A stretch of DNA of 64,000 nt from Octopus sinensis (GCF_006345805.1 NC_043002.1:27032001-27096000), one strand, 5' to 3'; shown: positions 39,489-53,152, counted from the stretch's first letter. Notes: generated from the sequence alone by a model not told the origin. A program made the numbers and translations.

Positions 39489-40352
39489 GGTATGTCCACT
39501 GATATAAACGGGATATACTCTTTGCCTTTCTTTCTTTCTATCTATCTTTCTAGAGTGGACGGTTGATTCAATGATGTTTGTGTAAGAAGTAGGGTAAAAC
39601 CTGGTCGCTGCATGAAGAGAATATACGATGGCTGGTTCTGTAATTATGTTTGTATATGAACGACAGGGTACAAGACAGTTGTGTGAGGATCAGATTAGGT
39701 GCGCAAGAGATAAAGCTATGCTTGTACGGATATATAGTGCGCATAGTTCACGAGAACAGGTTAGAGGTCAGATCGACGTCGGGTCATGTGAAGTCGGTAG
39801 ACAAATTCTCAGTTTCATTTTCAACAAAGAGCCATATCCTAGAAAACATGTATTGAGCACTTTCATTCACCCGATACGAAACGAATGTATGTATGTGTTC
39901 ATTGTCTCTACTACTGTAGCACTCTCTTGGCTAAATACATTGTCTTATTCACTTAACGCGACATATGAACAAACATTTCGTGTATTTAAGTGTATTGGCG
40001 TTCGAGTAGGAGATCTACACAAAAGTAATAAATACATTTAAAAATTATTTAAGACATCAAGCCATAAATATTTTCAATTTAGAGCCATAAGGTGACAGAA
40101 CTGCAGATAAAGTAATAAATGACAAATTATTGACATGTAGAGTAAATAGTAATATCGTATGGGAAAAGAGACAAGTTGTCTGTGTCTTAAAATGAAATGA
40201 AATTCATACACGCACATAAACACACGCGCTCATACATATATATGTATATCTATATCTATATATGTATCTATCTATCTACCCCTCTCTTTCTCTTTCTCTC
40301 TGCCTTTCTCTATCTCACTTTACCTATCTATCTATCTATATCTATCTATCTA

Positions 40353-40430
<78 letters not shown>

Positions 40431-43279
40431 TGCACGCACAGAGGAATATACAGACGGATGGGCAGACACACATTTACAAAGAGATATTCGTGTGCACTCA
40501 TGCGAATTATTTTGTACTTCTTTGTATATGTGTTTGCACCTAGAACATTCATTTAATTTTTCGCACTATCCCCGTACTTGATGTACAATTTACATAACAT
40601 AGTTTTCAGACAATCTGTTATGCGGGTATTCGTTCTATTTATAGACTTGCGTCGCGGCTTCAAGTAATTCATAATTTTTATGTGTATTTGTTAAGTAATT
40701 CTAGTACATAAGATTTCACCGAACCTAGTCACTCTTTGGAGTACACATGAATCATATCAAATGTTTATGCATTGAGTGTGAGCCTGCATGTATTTGTGTA
40801 TCTCTGTTTATGAATGTATATATATATTCCAATATCGATTTAAATTGAAATGTAAATTTCAAAATTATATTAAATTTCATTTTATTTTAAGACACAGACG
40901 ACTGGCCTCTTTTCTCGTGATATTCTTGTTTACTATACATGTCAGATATTTGCTATTTAATACTATATCTTAAGTTCTTTTGCTTAATGGTTCTGACATG
41001 AAGATATAGAAGGCTAGATATTTTTAATAATTTTGAAATATGTTTACTATTTTTGTGTATGTCTCCTATTCAAGCGCCAATGCAGAAAAGAATATACGAA
41101 ATGTTACTTCGTATGTCACGTTAAGTGAATAACACGAAGAGTTTGACCAGGAGAATGATGCAGTAGTGGAAGAAATGAAAATTAATACAATTGATAGTAT
41201 ATTAAACATTAGAATAATATTAAATTTTCAGGTAACCGTTGGAACAGGAGCCAAACGTACCAGAACAAAAACTGATGGATGACTGAAGGAGAAAGTACGT
41301 CATGAATGACAAAGCAATCATTGAAATTGTATGTCCCAACGATTACGAGTGTGTTACTTGATTGTGAAAGGAGAATAACACTGGGCAATAAACTGAAGAA
41401 ATATATGAAGCTGAAAGAGCTCGTCAACACAGTACTTGAAATACTGCACTCCCCCACCAAATCTATTGTGATCAATATTTCCAGCATCGGTTGCAGAAAC
41501 GTACAAAGGAAAACATCTCAAAGCTGAATTTTGAAATGCAAGAGATATCACAGCAAGAAGAGAGAAAATATACAGTATTTGAAATCTGAATGTTGCATAA
41601 AATCCATGCGAAGGAATTATGCTTGATATGATGCAATCAAAGTGCAGCTAACGGTTAAGTTTTTGTTAGTGATAGGAATATTGAAAGTATATCAGAGGGA
41701 ACAAAATATTAATGATTAATGGTGAGGAAATTGATTTTCCGAAATTGATTTGAAAAGATATTAGTGCCAATTTACTGCGTCGATATGCGGAGAGTTCTCT
41801 AAGTGACAATTATCGAAAAGGAAATTCTTCATTGAAGAAAATAACGAAGACCACAACATCTTTGGATCAGAAAGCGATATAAGTGGTAGATAAAGTAGCT
41901 GAAATTTTGCTTTATTGCATCTTTGATATGATCCGACAAATTCATGCAGCTAGTGATCGTTAAACTCAAATATTATCTCTAATGTCTGTATTAGTTGCTT
42001 GTTTGAAGAGCACTTACATAGAACCATGCTACAAAATGTAGTATCACTTATCCAAATTATGGCTTTTTGTCTCATCATAGAACCCTATCCTGTCTTTGTG
42101 ATGCATGCATGTTCCTTATCGAGTATTGGAATGTGCATTAATCATGGCAGTTGAACGAGTTCATCATGAATTCTTAGTTAAAAGAAAAGAGGAAATTAAT
42201 CTTAATTTTGCACACAGAACGAGAACCGAAGTTCAAAGAGAAACCAGTGATGGAATATTGAATTTCCAGGACCCGATCAGACAAGCAGAGTAATGGATTT
42301 TGAATGGAAATTTTAGCTGAGATATTAGAGCGAGAGACGAGCCACTGCTTTTATGTTAAAAACGGTTAATTTTGGTTCAAGGCAAGAGCTTATTAAAAAT
42401 GCACACTAGGAAATGTTATAGCGAGAGCGAAAGGTATTCGAAACCAACCTTGTCATATGAACCGTATATCAGCTGGTGGCAGTACACAAATGGAAGAATA
42501 TATTGTCGTATTTTGAAGTAAACTATAGGAGGTTTAAATATAATATCAGACATATTCACCAGATATATGTAGTATCCCGTAACGCATGGCATAAACAAAA
42601 GTTAGAAATTTAGATGGCCTGAAACATTAAAAAAATATGCACACTGGATCTTAAAATCTTAAACAAACATGCACACTGGTGGGGGGTGGGACTTATAAAT
42701 TCAAGGTAAGTTGTTAGAGCTATAGAGATCAATGGCAGAAACGTATGAATGTATAAAAAATCGTTCATTTATTTGCAGTAAGTTGTGATAGTCTCGATGC
42801 AGAGACCCAGATTATTGCAAATGATTCACTGGTTACGAAAAACTCTTTATTCATACATTTGCTATGCTATGCACTTCAGTTTGTCGACGGTTGAAGATAA
42901 TTCGAATGATGATACAGCACACCATCCTGCAAATATAGAAAATATCCATAATGGTAACAATAAGAATAAGAAAGCCGATAACAAGATAATAGCAATTAGA
43001 AAAGTGCTTAAATAATATTTTTTTCTTGAATTTGTTTCTAAAAATATATATTACACGTTTTCACAATGATCAAAAAGCACGCTGATGAATACTTGAGATA
43101 GATGATTCAGGACTCAGTCATTGTGACTAGTTGCATTATTTTTAGCGGCCACGTTTCCAAGGAATCAAAATGTTGCACTTTCCCTCATAACACATTTAGA
43201 ACAATATTATTAATTACAGAAACTGAAGAATATGACCTACTTCATTTTCAGGTTTGTAAGTAAACGTCTTCTAAAGTAA

Positions 43280-44020
43280 GTTACTGCAAAGTGATAGTAT
43301 GTAAATGTGTAGTTTGGAAAAAGCTATTACACCGTTAAGTTTGAGATACTCCTTTGAATACATTTTCAGCACGACTTCGACATTATTACTATTAAATGTC
43401 GCAGAATTGGTAAAATAGTGACCGACTATATTGATTGTTCTTGACTATTTCTATGAATTTAAGCGTTGTTGGGCACGTGTGCTAGGACTTAACAATTATC
43501 ATGTTCGAATATACTTACGGCATTTCAAACATTTTTCGGTGAAACTGTTGATCATTGGCTGTGATGGTAAATCTTGTCGAATGGATCACAATATAATTCT
43601 GGTCGTTAAAAAACATAGAGTTCGATTTCGTTTTAGGTTCAGAAGTGATATTCGTCAAGCATTTCAATTATTTGTGAACATGAAGATCTATCGAACATAT
43701 TTTTGATATTCTGCGAAATCGATGAACCATATCAATCTTCTATAGTTAGCAATTTTGTTAGTAAAAACGAGGAACCCACCTTTTCATGTCTCAGAAAATT
43801 TTCATAAACAGGTTAAAACAATAAACTCAATAAAAACTGGTTATAAGAAATCCGAAGACCCTTCTTATTTCTAAAGTAATTTTTATAGATACCTAGTCAT
43901 TAAGACAAAGTTGAATAGAGTACTGCGATGTGCTAGTGTGTAAAGATGTAGTTGGTAAAAGAGATTACACCGTTATGTTTGAGATACACCTTTGAAAACA
44001 TTTTCAGCACGATGGTATGC
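43280..44020. repeat. Diverged ~100-bp direct duplication (~43280-43378 and ~43918-44012)
   Basis: Shared core ATTACACCGTTAwGTTTGAGATACwCCTTTGAAwACATTTTCAGCACGA. Confidence 0.7.
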
Positions 44021-44196
44021 AAGTTAACAATTCGGAAAATATAAAATGTATTTTAATTTTGAAAAGCATTTTGCAATCTTGAAGCAGAACTATATACAAT
44101 CTTCAAGCAGAATCGTTTCATTTCTAGGTATTTGTCATGCTTCTTTAATACATTTCTAAATATCTCAGAGATTTATGCAGTAGTGGTACGATAAAG

Positions 44197-44742
44197 TAGT
44201 TCTATACTGTCAACTTAATAGCAGTTAAAGGGAATCATACTACTGCTATTTATCCCTAGGAAGCAGCAATGTTTCCTGTCGGCCTTGACAGATTTCCTGT
44301 GTCCTTATGATTGCAAAGGGGAGATAAGCACCTCCACGCAGCTAAGCCTGCAGCCAGAGACTAGTTTTCGAGTTGTTGCTCGTCATATGTCTGGAGCAGC
44401 ATAGGCTGCTAGTTGGAAATGCCTCTCTCTGAGATATTTAGAAATGTATTATTTCAGTGAATGTATTTCACCAGAATTCTTATATGTTTACAAGAGCTAA
44501 ATAGGCATCTCGAACTAGCAGGCCATGCTACTCCAGACATATGACGAGCAAAGACTGAGAAACTAGTCTCTGGGGGGGGGGAGGCTTAGCTAGTTGGAGG
44601 TGCTTATATCCCCCTTGCAAACATAAGGGGGCACAGGAAATGTGTCAAGGCCGACAGGAAGCGTTGCTGCTTTCTAGGGCTAAATAACAGTAGTATGATT
44701 CCCTTTATGGCACTGTCACATTAAGTTGACAGTATACAACTA
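44197..44742. mobile_element. Fold-back / MITE-like element with ~230-bp inverted arms
   Basis: ~44197-44420 is the imperfect reverse complement of ~44500-44742; TA flanks if the ends are taken at 44205 and 44734. Confidence 0.85.
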
Positions 44743-45259
44743 ATTTTCTTGAATTTGTTCTCCTAAAAAACATACATTACAGATTTGATGAGCTGAAACT
44801 ATTTATTCCTTTTACACATACTCTCCCTGTCTCTCTCTCTCTCTAACACACACACACATGTACATATGCACACTTACCTACTAGGAGTCAAGATGCTATA
44901 GGAGAAAATTTTGTCGACAGTTATCAAGAATACACGGTACTATTACGGAGTGAGATATTTTTATGAACAGCGTTAGCAAACATACTAATTTTTATTTAAA
45001 TTAATTGTAATAATCATTGATTTAGCGAACAATTTGTTGTTTTTCATTCCAGTTAAACAATGTTAAGCGTTTTTTGCCTCCCCCCTCCGTCGTGTTTCTA
45101 CGACTTACGATTCCCAAATATACGGCTTTCGAAGCACCGTGTTTAACGTTCCCTTCTTAGGTTTACGTATCTCTCCTAGATCTTAGTTTGAATAAAGAAT
45201 GAATTGTTCATGTTCTTGTTATAGCTAATGCTGCAGTCACAAAAACAACAACAACAGCA

Positions 45260-45345
<86 letters not shown>

Positions 45346-45507
45346 TACTAAACTACTATTTTGTTTGTGTTTCCTTGAACTAGAGAAGTGGTTAATAACA
45401 AAGAGTATATACATAGAAAATTTTCGAAACTAGAAATACATAACTAGAATGCATGATTAGAATACATAACTACGAAGTATTGACAACGTCTCTCGGCAAG
45501 GATTTAG

Positions 45508-45565
<58 letters not shown>

Positions 45566-45929
45566 GAAGAAGAAGAAGAAGAAGAACTGTTTATGCTAAG
45601 AGGATAAGTCAAGTTAGAATTAAAGATACAATAAAGTGCTAATAATAATTATTAATAATAATAATTATGCTTGTAGTACTAATTTATAGTATTTATCATA
45701 GCAAAGTGCTAATCGATTAGTTTAATTTTTTGTTACTAGTACGTATATCAGTCAATCCACCTGTTGTCCAAAGTGAGACAGACCAGGTGAAAAGCCCGAA
45801 ATATTTGGTCAGCTAGAATTTAAAAACAAAAGACCGGCTTTCAAAACAGTTAATACGAGGCAAAATAAGTAAAAGAATGATATATATTGTAAGGGGCCCG
45901 AAGTCGCTTAGGACAATACAAAATAAACT

Positions 45930-46020
45930 AAATTACTATGTGAAATTTGATTTAGTATTTCTCAATTGAATTTTTCCCTGTAAGTTAGGAATAATATTCC
46001 TTCAAATAATTATTATTATT
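45930..46020 (+). mobile_element. Possible diverged relative of the PLE terminal sequence
   Basis: Roughly 70% similar by eye to 47340-47413 (shared TTTTTCCCTGTAA). Confidence 0.35.
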
Positions 46021-46046
46021 ATCATATATATATATATTTTTTCCTA

Positions 46047-46088
46047 GTTTCAGCTCAGAGCTGCGGCCATGCTGATGCACCGCCGTTA
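46047..46088 (-). mobile_element. Isolated CR1-type 3' terminal motif
   Basis: Minus strand GGCGGTGCATCAGCATGGCCGCAGCTCTGAGCTGAAAC resembles the LINE 3' end near 47505-47545 (GGTGCCCCAGCATGGCCGCGGCC). Confidence 0.45.
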
Positions 46089-46119
46089 TATTATATATAT
46101 ATAATTTATTAATAGATTT

Positions 46120-46515
46120 TAGGGTTGCAAAAAAATTTAGAAAAGTTCTTTGCTACCAGTGGTCTAGCGAGAAGAAAAAAATAGTCAATAGACTATGTAT
46201 TATTCGTATGAAAATATAGTATATATTTAAACACATAAGTGTATATTTAAACACATAACGGGACATCTGACTCGCTAGAAAGAGTAGTTAAACTAAAAAC
46301 CACTAATAGTTGTAATTCTGAAAGGGATTGAAATATAAAAATATTTAAGTGTAAATGATTTTTTTTTCATTCCCTTTCAGAATGACAACTATTAGTGGTT
46401 TGTAGTTTAACTACATAACAAGACATCTGACTCTGGCGAGTAGATGTCCTGTTATGGCCATCTGTAATGTATTTAAATGTACACTGTATATATATCCATG
46501 ATTAATAAATTAATG
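46120..46515. mobile_element. MITE related to 1901-2366, right end truncated, with an internal ~43-bp inverted repeat
   Basis: Left arm matches 1901-2000; inverted repeat at ~46284-46326 / ~46371-46414. Confidence 0.55.
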
Positions 46516-47073
46516 GATACAAATTGATATACTTGCAAAATATTTATACAGATGCAAACTATTACTAAAATATACTCATACATACACAAATAAATTCACA
46601 CATACATATACATACGTATGCATGTACACACACATACACATATATATATATATATACATATACACATATGTACACTCACATACGCACACATACACACAAG
46701 TAAAAACGTGCATATATACACACTCAAATTAATATATCTATTAATTCCATATACAAAGATTTATACATCGACAATTAGTCTCCCATATATGGATTAATAC
46801 AAATAATAGAACACGGTTAAGTGGAATCTGCAAAACAAATTGCATGCAAATACATTACTAAAAGAGTGTGTGAAATTGGTGTTAAAATGTTAGATAATTA
46901 TTGTGTTGTGTGGGGGAGGTGGTGAAATAACTAAATAGACTGGTGGGGTCTGTACTAAATAAAAGTGGACAAATTCTGAATTAACTCAAAGTGGTTCAGA
47001 ATGAAATAAAGTGAAACAACCAAAATTATATAACAATAATTGGTAAAATATGTGACAAAATAAGGGCAAATTC

Positions 47074-47112
<39 letters not shown>

Positions 47113-47122
<10 letters not shown>

Positions 47123-47413
47123 TTAGAGACAAAACCACTATTTTGCAAAACAAACAAGGAAAGACTTAATCAATACATAAAATTTTAATAAAAAGTAAAA
47201 AATATTTTTTAACTTTTTATTTTTTACTTTTTTTTACTTTTTTTTACTTTTTATTAAAATTTTATGTATTGATTAAGTGTTTTCTTGTTTGTTTTGCAAA
47301 ATAGTGGTTTTGTCTCTAATTAATATTATATAATATTTTACTATAAAATTGGATTTAATCCTAAATCTGATTTTTTCCCTGTAAATTTGGATTTATTCCC
47401 TAATATTTATTAT
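47113..47413. mobile_element. Inverted pair of PLE terminal (pLTR) fragments of the 31876-38137 family
   Basis: 47113-47192 (minus) and 47250-47327 (plus) are nearly identical to 38061-38137; the plus copy runs on into 47391-47413, identical to 31876-31898. Confidence 0.85.
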
Positions 47414-47420
47414 ATATATA

Positions 47421-47479
<59 letters not shown>

Positions 47480-47559
47480 CCTTAAATCCTTAAATCCTTA
47501 AAAATGTTTTAGCCCGAAGGCCGCGGCCATGCTGGGGCACCACCGCTGAATGAGATACA

Positions 47560-50500
47560 CTAGTTTGTGAATCCACCTCTGATACGTGGCACTTGATCAA
47601 CAAGGGAGTTCGATGCTGCTGCCCGCATCCGTGTCTCCTGTCGTGAGGTAGGTTCATCTGGGACTCCCAACAAGAAGAGATCCAGTTTAGTTTTAAAGAA
47701 ACCCACATCCACACCATGTAAGTCTCTCAGGCATTTAGGGAGGATGTTAAAGAGCTGTGGTCCTCTGAAACCCAAGCTGTTGCAGTATCTGGACCTGTAT
47801 TTTGATGGTGATGTTGGAATCCTTGGCACCACGCAGCGGCGCCCCGTTCTGCGGTTGGAGTAACTTTGAATGCCAAAGTTTGGGACAAGACCCTCCAGGA
47901 TTCTCCAGATGTATATCACTGCATATCTCTCCCGCCTCCGCTCCAGGGAGAAGAGGTTTAATACCTTCAGTCTTTCCCAGTAGCTGACATTTTGCATTGA
48001 GACGATTTTCTTTGTGTAGCTTCTCTGAGTTGCTTCGAGTTCTGCTGTTTGTTTTATATTGTGTGGTGACCAAAGTTGGGAGCAGTAGTCCAAACGGCTG
48101 AGGACAAATGTTTTCCATAGGACCATCAGTGTCTCCTTATCTCTTGTTCTGAAAGTTCGGAGAATCCATCCAGCTAGCCGTCTGCATTTTATAACCAGAT
48201 TAGCAATATGCATTTGGAAAGATGCATCATTGCTCATGTCAATGCCCAGGTCACGCACTGATTTTGACTCAGAGATTGAAATTCTTCCTGGGCCAGTGTA
48301 TCCAGTCTTCACGTCATTTACGTTTGTGTGCCAGTAGCGCAGGGCCTGGAACTTACCTGCATTAAACTGCATGTTGTTGTCCTCAGCCCACCTGTATATT
48401 GTGTCCAGCTCATGTTGCAGATGCGCAATATTTTCAGGGTTTTGTATTGCGTGGGAGACTTTTGTGTCATCTGCATAGCTAGCAAGGGTGGTCATCGTAG
48501 CAACTGAAGGCATGTCTGAAAGGGCCACTATGAACATCAGTGGCCCCAAGACAGTGCCCTGTGGGACACCGCTTGTTATTTGCGTTTCCCTGGAGGTGGC
48601 TCCATTGCTCACAACTGCCTGTTTTCTGTCTTTTAGGAAGTTGTGCAGCCACTCTCCAAGTTTCCCGCCTATGCCGAGACCACGCAGTTTGTGACAGATC
48701 ATACCATGGTCGACTTTATCAAAGGCTTTTGCAAAGTCAAGATATATTACATCCACATTTGAGCCATTTAGTAGCTGTTTCAACACCCAGTCATAGTATT
48801 GCAGGAGCTGTGTTAGGCAGCCTCTACCTGGTCGAAATCCATGCTGGGTGTCAGACAGTAAGTCATTTTCTTCAAGGAACATGATTAGTTTCTTACGGAC
48901 TATTCGTTCCATGACTTTGCTGATGTGTGAGGTCAGAGAGATAGGCCTATAATTTTTAGCATCTGCTCTGCTACCTCCCTTATGGATAGGGCATATTACC
49001 CCCTCTTTCAGTTTGACTGGGAGCTTACCACTTGCAAGAAAGCTCTGAAAAAGAAGCTGTAGCGGTTTTGCAAGGGCTCGTTTTCACGATTTGAGAAGGA
49101 TCGCTGGGAATCCATCAGGTCCAGCAGCTGAGTTTGTGTCAATCTCATCAATGGCTAGTGTGATATCATCTTCTTCGATGTTGATGTACTCAATTTTTGT
49201 CTCTTTAGCCGCTGGTAAAGTGGCAAAGAAATCTTCTGGGTTGTTTACTTGCCTGTGTCCTAGAGGTGTAGTGAACACACTTTGGAACTGTTCGTTCAGT
49301 ATTTCACTTATCCTCGTGGGATTTCCTGTGAGAGAGCCATCTTTTTGGAAGAGAGGTCCTATTCTCTGGTGCACAATGGCTGTCTCTTTGGCAAACTTAA
49401 AGAAAGCTTTAGGGTTTGATTTTATATTTTCTATTACCCAAGCTTCTTTATCTGCTCTCTCCTTTTCATGGGACTGATGTAGACTTTTCTCAGTTTCCAT
49501 TAGCATTCTTTCGAGCCGAGACTTCTCACCACTTTTGGTGTGCTTGCTCAGGCGGTTTGCAATCCTTGTCCGTCGTCTCATAAGAATCCTCCTTTCTCTA
49601 GGGATCCTGTTTTTGTTCTTGTGTGTGCTGGCCCTGCACATTGGGACATATTTGTCACATATGGCTTGTATTATGGACATGAAGTGTTTGTGTTTCATGT
49701 TTATGTCCGGTGTGGAGAGACATTCAGGCCAATCCTGTTTGAGGATCTCTTTCTCAATCGACTTCCAGTTGGCTTTATGAAAGTTTAAGTTGGAGAGATG
49801 GTGGGTGCTTCGTATAGGCTGTGTGTCTGCGGGGGCTTTTGTTCCATACATAGACAGCTCTATTATGTTGTGATCCGAGATCATTGTCGGCATCACATTA
49901 ACATTATGGACAATATCCATATTGTTTGTGAAGCAGAGATCCAGTATATTATCTGCCCTTGTTGGTTGCAGAACTATTTGCTCCATGAAAGAGGCATTTG
50001 TGAGATGGAGCAGGGACTCCACCTGTGCCTGCTGATGGTGTGTCATCCCTGGGAGCATCTGCCCCCCCAGGCCATTCCACATTGGGGAGGTTAAAGTCAC
50101 CCATGAAGAATACACTGTTGTGCTGTTCAAGGTTGGTGAGGACTTCTCCTATTTTTGTTAGGCAGTCTTCAAACATGCCTGAGTGTTTTGGGGCATCTGG
50201 TGGGCGATATGTAGTGCATATGACGATATTCAGTTGTCTTATGTGTACAATTTGAGTTTCACATACTGAGTTTGAATATGACAGCAGGACCTGGGGCGTG
50301 AGGTAATCTCGGATGTACATTGCAACTCCACCATGGCTCCTCCCTTTTCTATCTGTGCGTATGACTGCATATTGCGGCATGTGTACTTCTGCATCACCTA
50401 TATCGGGTTCAAGATGCGTTTCTGTGAGTGCCATGCATATAGCTTGATTGCATGTCACAAGGTCTCTCAGGAATGAAATTTTCTTTTTACAGTTTCCGCG

Positions 50501-50572
50501 CAGCAGCCCACCTACATTCAGTAGAAATATTTTTGTGGTGTGTGTGTTGGTGTTGGTGTCTGTGGTGGCCAT
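47560..50572 (-). pseudogene. CR1-like ORF2 (AP endonuclease + RT) with one frameshift and one nonsense codon
   Basis: LTETHL, GGVAMYIR, MGDFNLP, LDLCFTN, NYRPISLTS, QHGF, DFAKAFDKV, GVPQGTVLGP, YADD. Frameshift in a C7 run near 50065; in-frame TGA at 49084-49086. Confidence 0.93.
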
Positions 50573-50960
50573 CCTGCATCTGTTGGAGGTGGCCTTATGT
50601 GGTGGTAGTTCCAGCTTTGTGCTTGTAGCCAGGTCAGCTGCTGAACAATTTTTTGTGCCATGCACAAAAAAGACTGCTGTTCAGCTGCCGCCCTTCTCAC
50701 ATCTGGGTGAAGCTGGCCACCTGTTGGGTTTCCGCGCACCACATCTGCATACCGTCTTTCAGTAGTGGTCAGTGCGCTTTTTTCCCTTCTTTTAACTTTT
50801 TGTTTTTGTTTTTGTTTTTGTTCTCCCTGAGGGAGGGACCTCTGTCTCGCGTCCGTGCGGTTTTGGTAGGGCCTCCGATGTGCAAAGCGACAGTTTGCAC
50901 CTTCAACGCCGTACCAGCAGTCCCCCCTCAGGTAGAATTTTCAGGTATTTCTTTCCCTGC
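50518..50960 (-). pseudogene. CR1-like ORF1 C-terminal remnant with a CCCH-type zinc finger
   Basis: ..KFYLRG / GDCWYGVEGANCRFAH across a frameshift; YADVV motif. Confidence 0.55.
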
Positions 50961-50977
50961 CCTTACAGTTTTTTTTT

Positions 50978-51158
50978 TACGACGGGATTATATTTACGAC
51001 GGGATTATTTCAGTTTCCGTCGACCAAATCCACTCACAAGTGTTGGGTCGGCCTGAAGCTTTAGTAGAAGACACTTGTCCAATGTGCCGCGCAGTGGGAC
51101 CGAACCCGGAACTATGTGGTCGGTAGCAATCTACGTCCCACACCGACGCTCTTGTCCC
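50978..51158 (-). mobile_element. Family-2 tRNA-derived SINE
   Basis: Reverse complement aligns with 52605-52764; GGGTTCGGTCCC B-box-like motif. Confidence 0.85.
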
Positions 51159-52555
51159 TATATATATATATATATTCACACATATTTGTGTAGAAATATG
51201 TACACACATACATGTTCATACATATATGTATGCATATAAAATGCATGTGCATATACATGTACAAACGTACATATTTATATATATCGTGTATATACAAAGG
51301 CACTAACACAAACACGCACATAAACACACATATTATTATGTATGCGAATATCCGTGAAAGTAGATATGTACAGGTGTATACAGGCTACATATATATCGGA
51401 ATAAACACATTTTAATTGTGTGCTAGAGGAAAGTAGAATAAATAGAATGAACGATTACCAATTAAGGCCAAGTTTTGTTGGTGGTGTTTAAAAGAGACTA
51501 TTGATTTTATGTTATAGATTAGGTGCCCCGTATGTCGAAGGAGATAAATAGATTCTAAGTGCTTGATGACGAAGTAAAATAGACAGACTAAAATACAAGT
51601 GATTACCTATTTAGAGAAATCAGATATCGTCTAAGAGAAATAAGATTATGGTTGAATGCTTGCTCAAGTATTTCTATTACTATTAATAATGTTTAGTATA
51701 CATAGAGCTCTTGGAATAATATATTAGACTGATACTTAAAAGTGGCCTGGCAGGCTGTATCAATGCTACTAGTTAAACTAAACGGTACACATGATTAAAT
51801 CTTCGTTAAATGTAATATTGCGCCATAGTATGAAAATCCGTAAATTATTGTGCGTAGAGTAATTATGTTACATCTTTCCATCATAGGTATCGAACCGTGT
51901 TTCAGGAATTGTAACATAAACATATCAAAATAAATACCATTTACCTAGCCACTCAGATTTCAGTGGCAATCGTATTTCATATAAATATACTAAATCAGTA
52001 TAACACATTCCAGAATATAAAGAATACATGATTGTAGAGGGTGAAGAAGGTATGTTGGCTAAATGGTGTGACTTTAAGAAGCTGAAATACATATCAAATT
52101 ATGGTCGCTGTTATTCGAAAACGTTTATGGATTTGTAGCACAAAACATAATTCTGGTAATTCTCTTCGAGGTCAAATATACCAAGGTCATTTGATCCAAG
52201 TGGATGTCAATGCCGTGATAGCCAAAGTGTAGGAAAGCTGCACCAGCATATGGATGCTACAAATTAAAGTTACATAGCTACATTAAGGTAACGTGAAATG
52301 AAGTGTCATTCTTAAGTTCAACCCCCGTTGGAACTATCATGATTCAACACTTCGCACACTTTCACGACGTAAATATTGCTTGTAAGATTTCCGAAAAGTC
52401 GAGACAATTATATTCCTTATGTCTGATCGAGAAACATTTAAGAAAACGACAAGAAGCAAGACTTTATTTTAGGAAGGAAGGTATCGCAAACAGGAAATGA
52501 ATAATGAACGATTATGGAAGCATTTATTGTAATATTAAAAATAGCCCAATGATTT

Positions 52556-52604
<49 letters not shown>

Positions 52605-52608
<4 letters not shown>

Positions 52609-52763
52609 AGAATTGTCTGTGTGGAACGTAGATTGCTACCAACCACATGGTCCCAGGTTCGGTCCTACTGCGCGGCACAATGGACAAGTGTCTTCTACTA
52701 CAGCTTCTGCCGACCCAAGCATTGTGAGTGGATCCGGTAGACAGAAACTGAAAGAATCCTGTC

Positions 52764-52764
<1 letters not shown>
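52605..52764 (+). mobile_element. Family-2 tRNA-derived SINE
   Basis: A/B-box-like head (CAGGTTCGGTCC), family-2 body, (TA)n on both flanks. Confidence 0.85.
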
Positions 52765-52843
<79 letters not shown>

Positions 52844-52877
52844 ATGTTTGTGTATCTGTTGTATATTTCACAACAAT

Positions 52878-52925
52878 TTTAATAAACGCTACCGGAGCTG
52901 GAATTACAGCGGCTGCTGGCACCAG
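52878..52925 (-). rRNA. 48-nt fragment of 18S rRNA (helix 18 / 530-loop region); not an rRNA gene
   Basis: TTTAATAAACGCTACCGGAGCTGGAATTACAGCGGCTGCTGGCACCAG differs at 4 positions from the reverse complement of the conserved eukaryotic CTGGTGCCAGCAGCCGCGGTAATTCCAGCTCCAATAGCGTATATTAAA; similarity stops on both sides. Confidence 0.7.
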
Positions 52926-53152
52926 GAAAAAATCACTTCCCAGAAAATCAAAGCAACAAAGGTATTTCCACATTTGGGTAAACATGAATGTGTTAAATAT
53001 ATATGACCACAACTATGTTTTAATCATCACTTTTGAGTGTTCATTGAGTCAATTTATTCCAGTTAGGAAACGTTTGTACACAGCGGTAAGAATTTTTGCT
53101 GCTTACATGTAAGAACAGCGCTATTTGTAGATTGGGAAAGATGGATTCGGTA

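Larger units (their letters stand above)
47479..50977 (-). mobile_element. Young CR1-like LINE, 5'-truncated within ORF1
   Basis: ORF1 remnant, APE + RT ORF2, short 3' UTR ending in (TTAAGGA)x3. Confidence 0.95.

Noticed and set aside
41130-41600. Purine-rich, coding-looking stretch after a TTTTCAG acceptor-like site
   Set aside because: Stops in all frames near the acceptor and no recognisable protein; it cannot be called an exon or TE from sequence alone.
45781-45810. GACCA...CCCGAAATATTTGGTC hammerhead-like hairpin
   Set aside because: The CUGANGA box is missing; at best a decayed relic.
49084-49086. In-frame TGA at a probable Cys codon as selenocysteine recoding
   Set aside because: A single TGA in a CR1-like ORF that also has a frameshift, with no SECIS noticed; a TGC>TGA point mutation is simpler.
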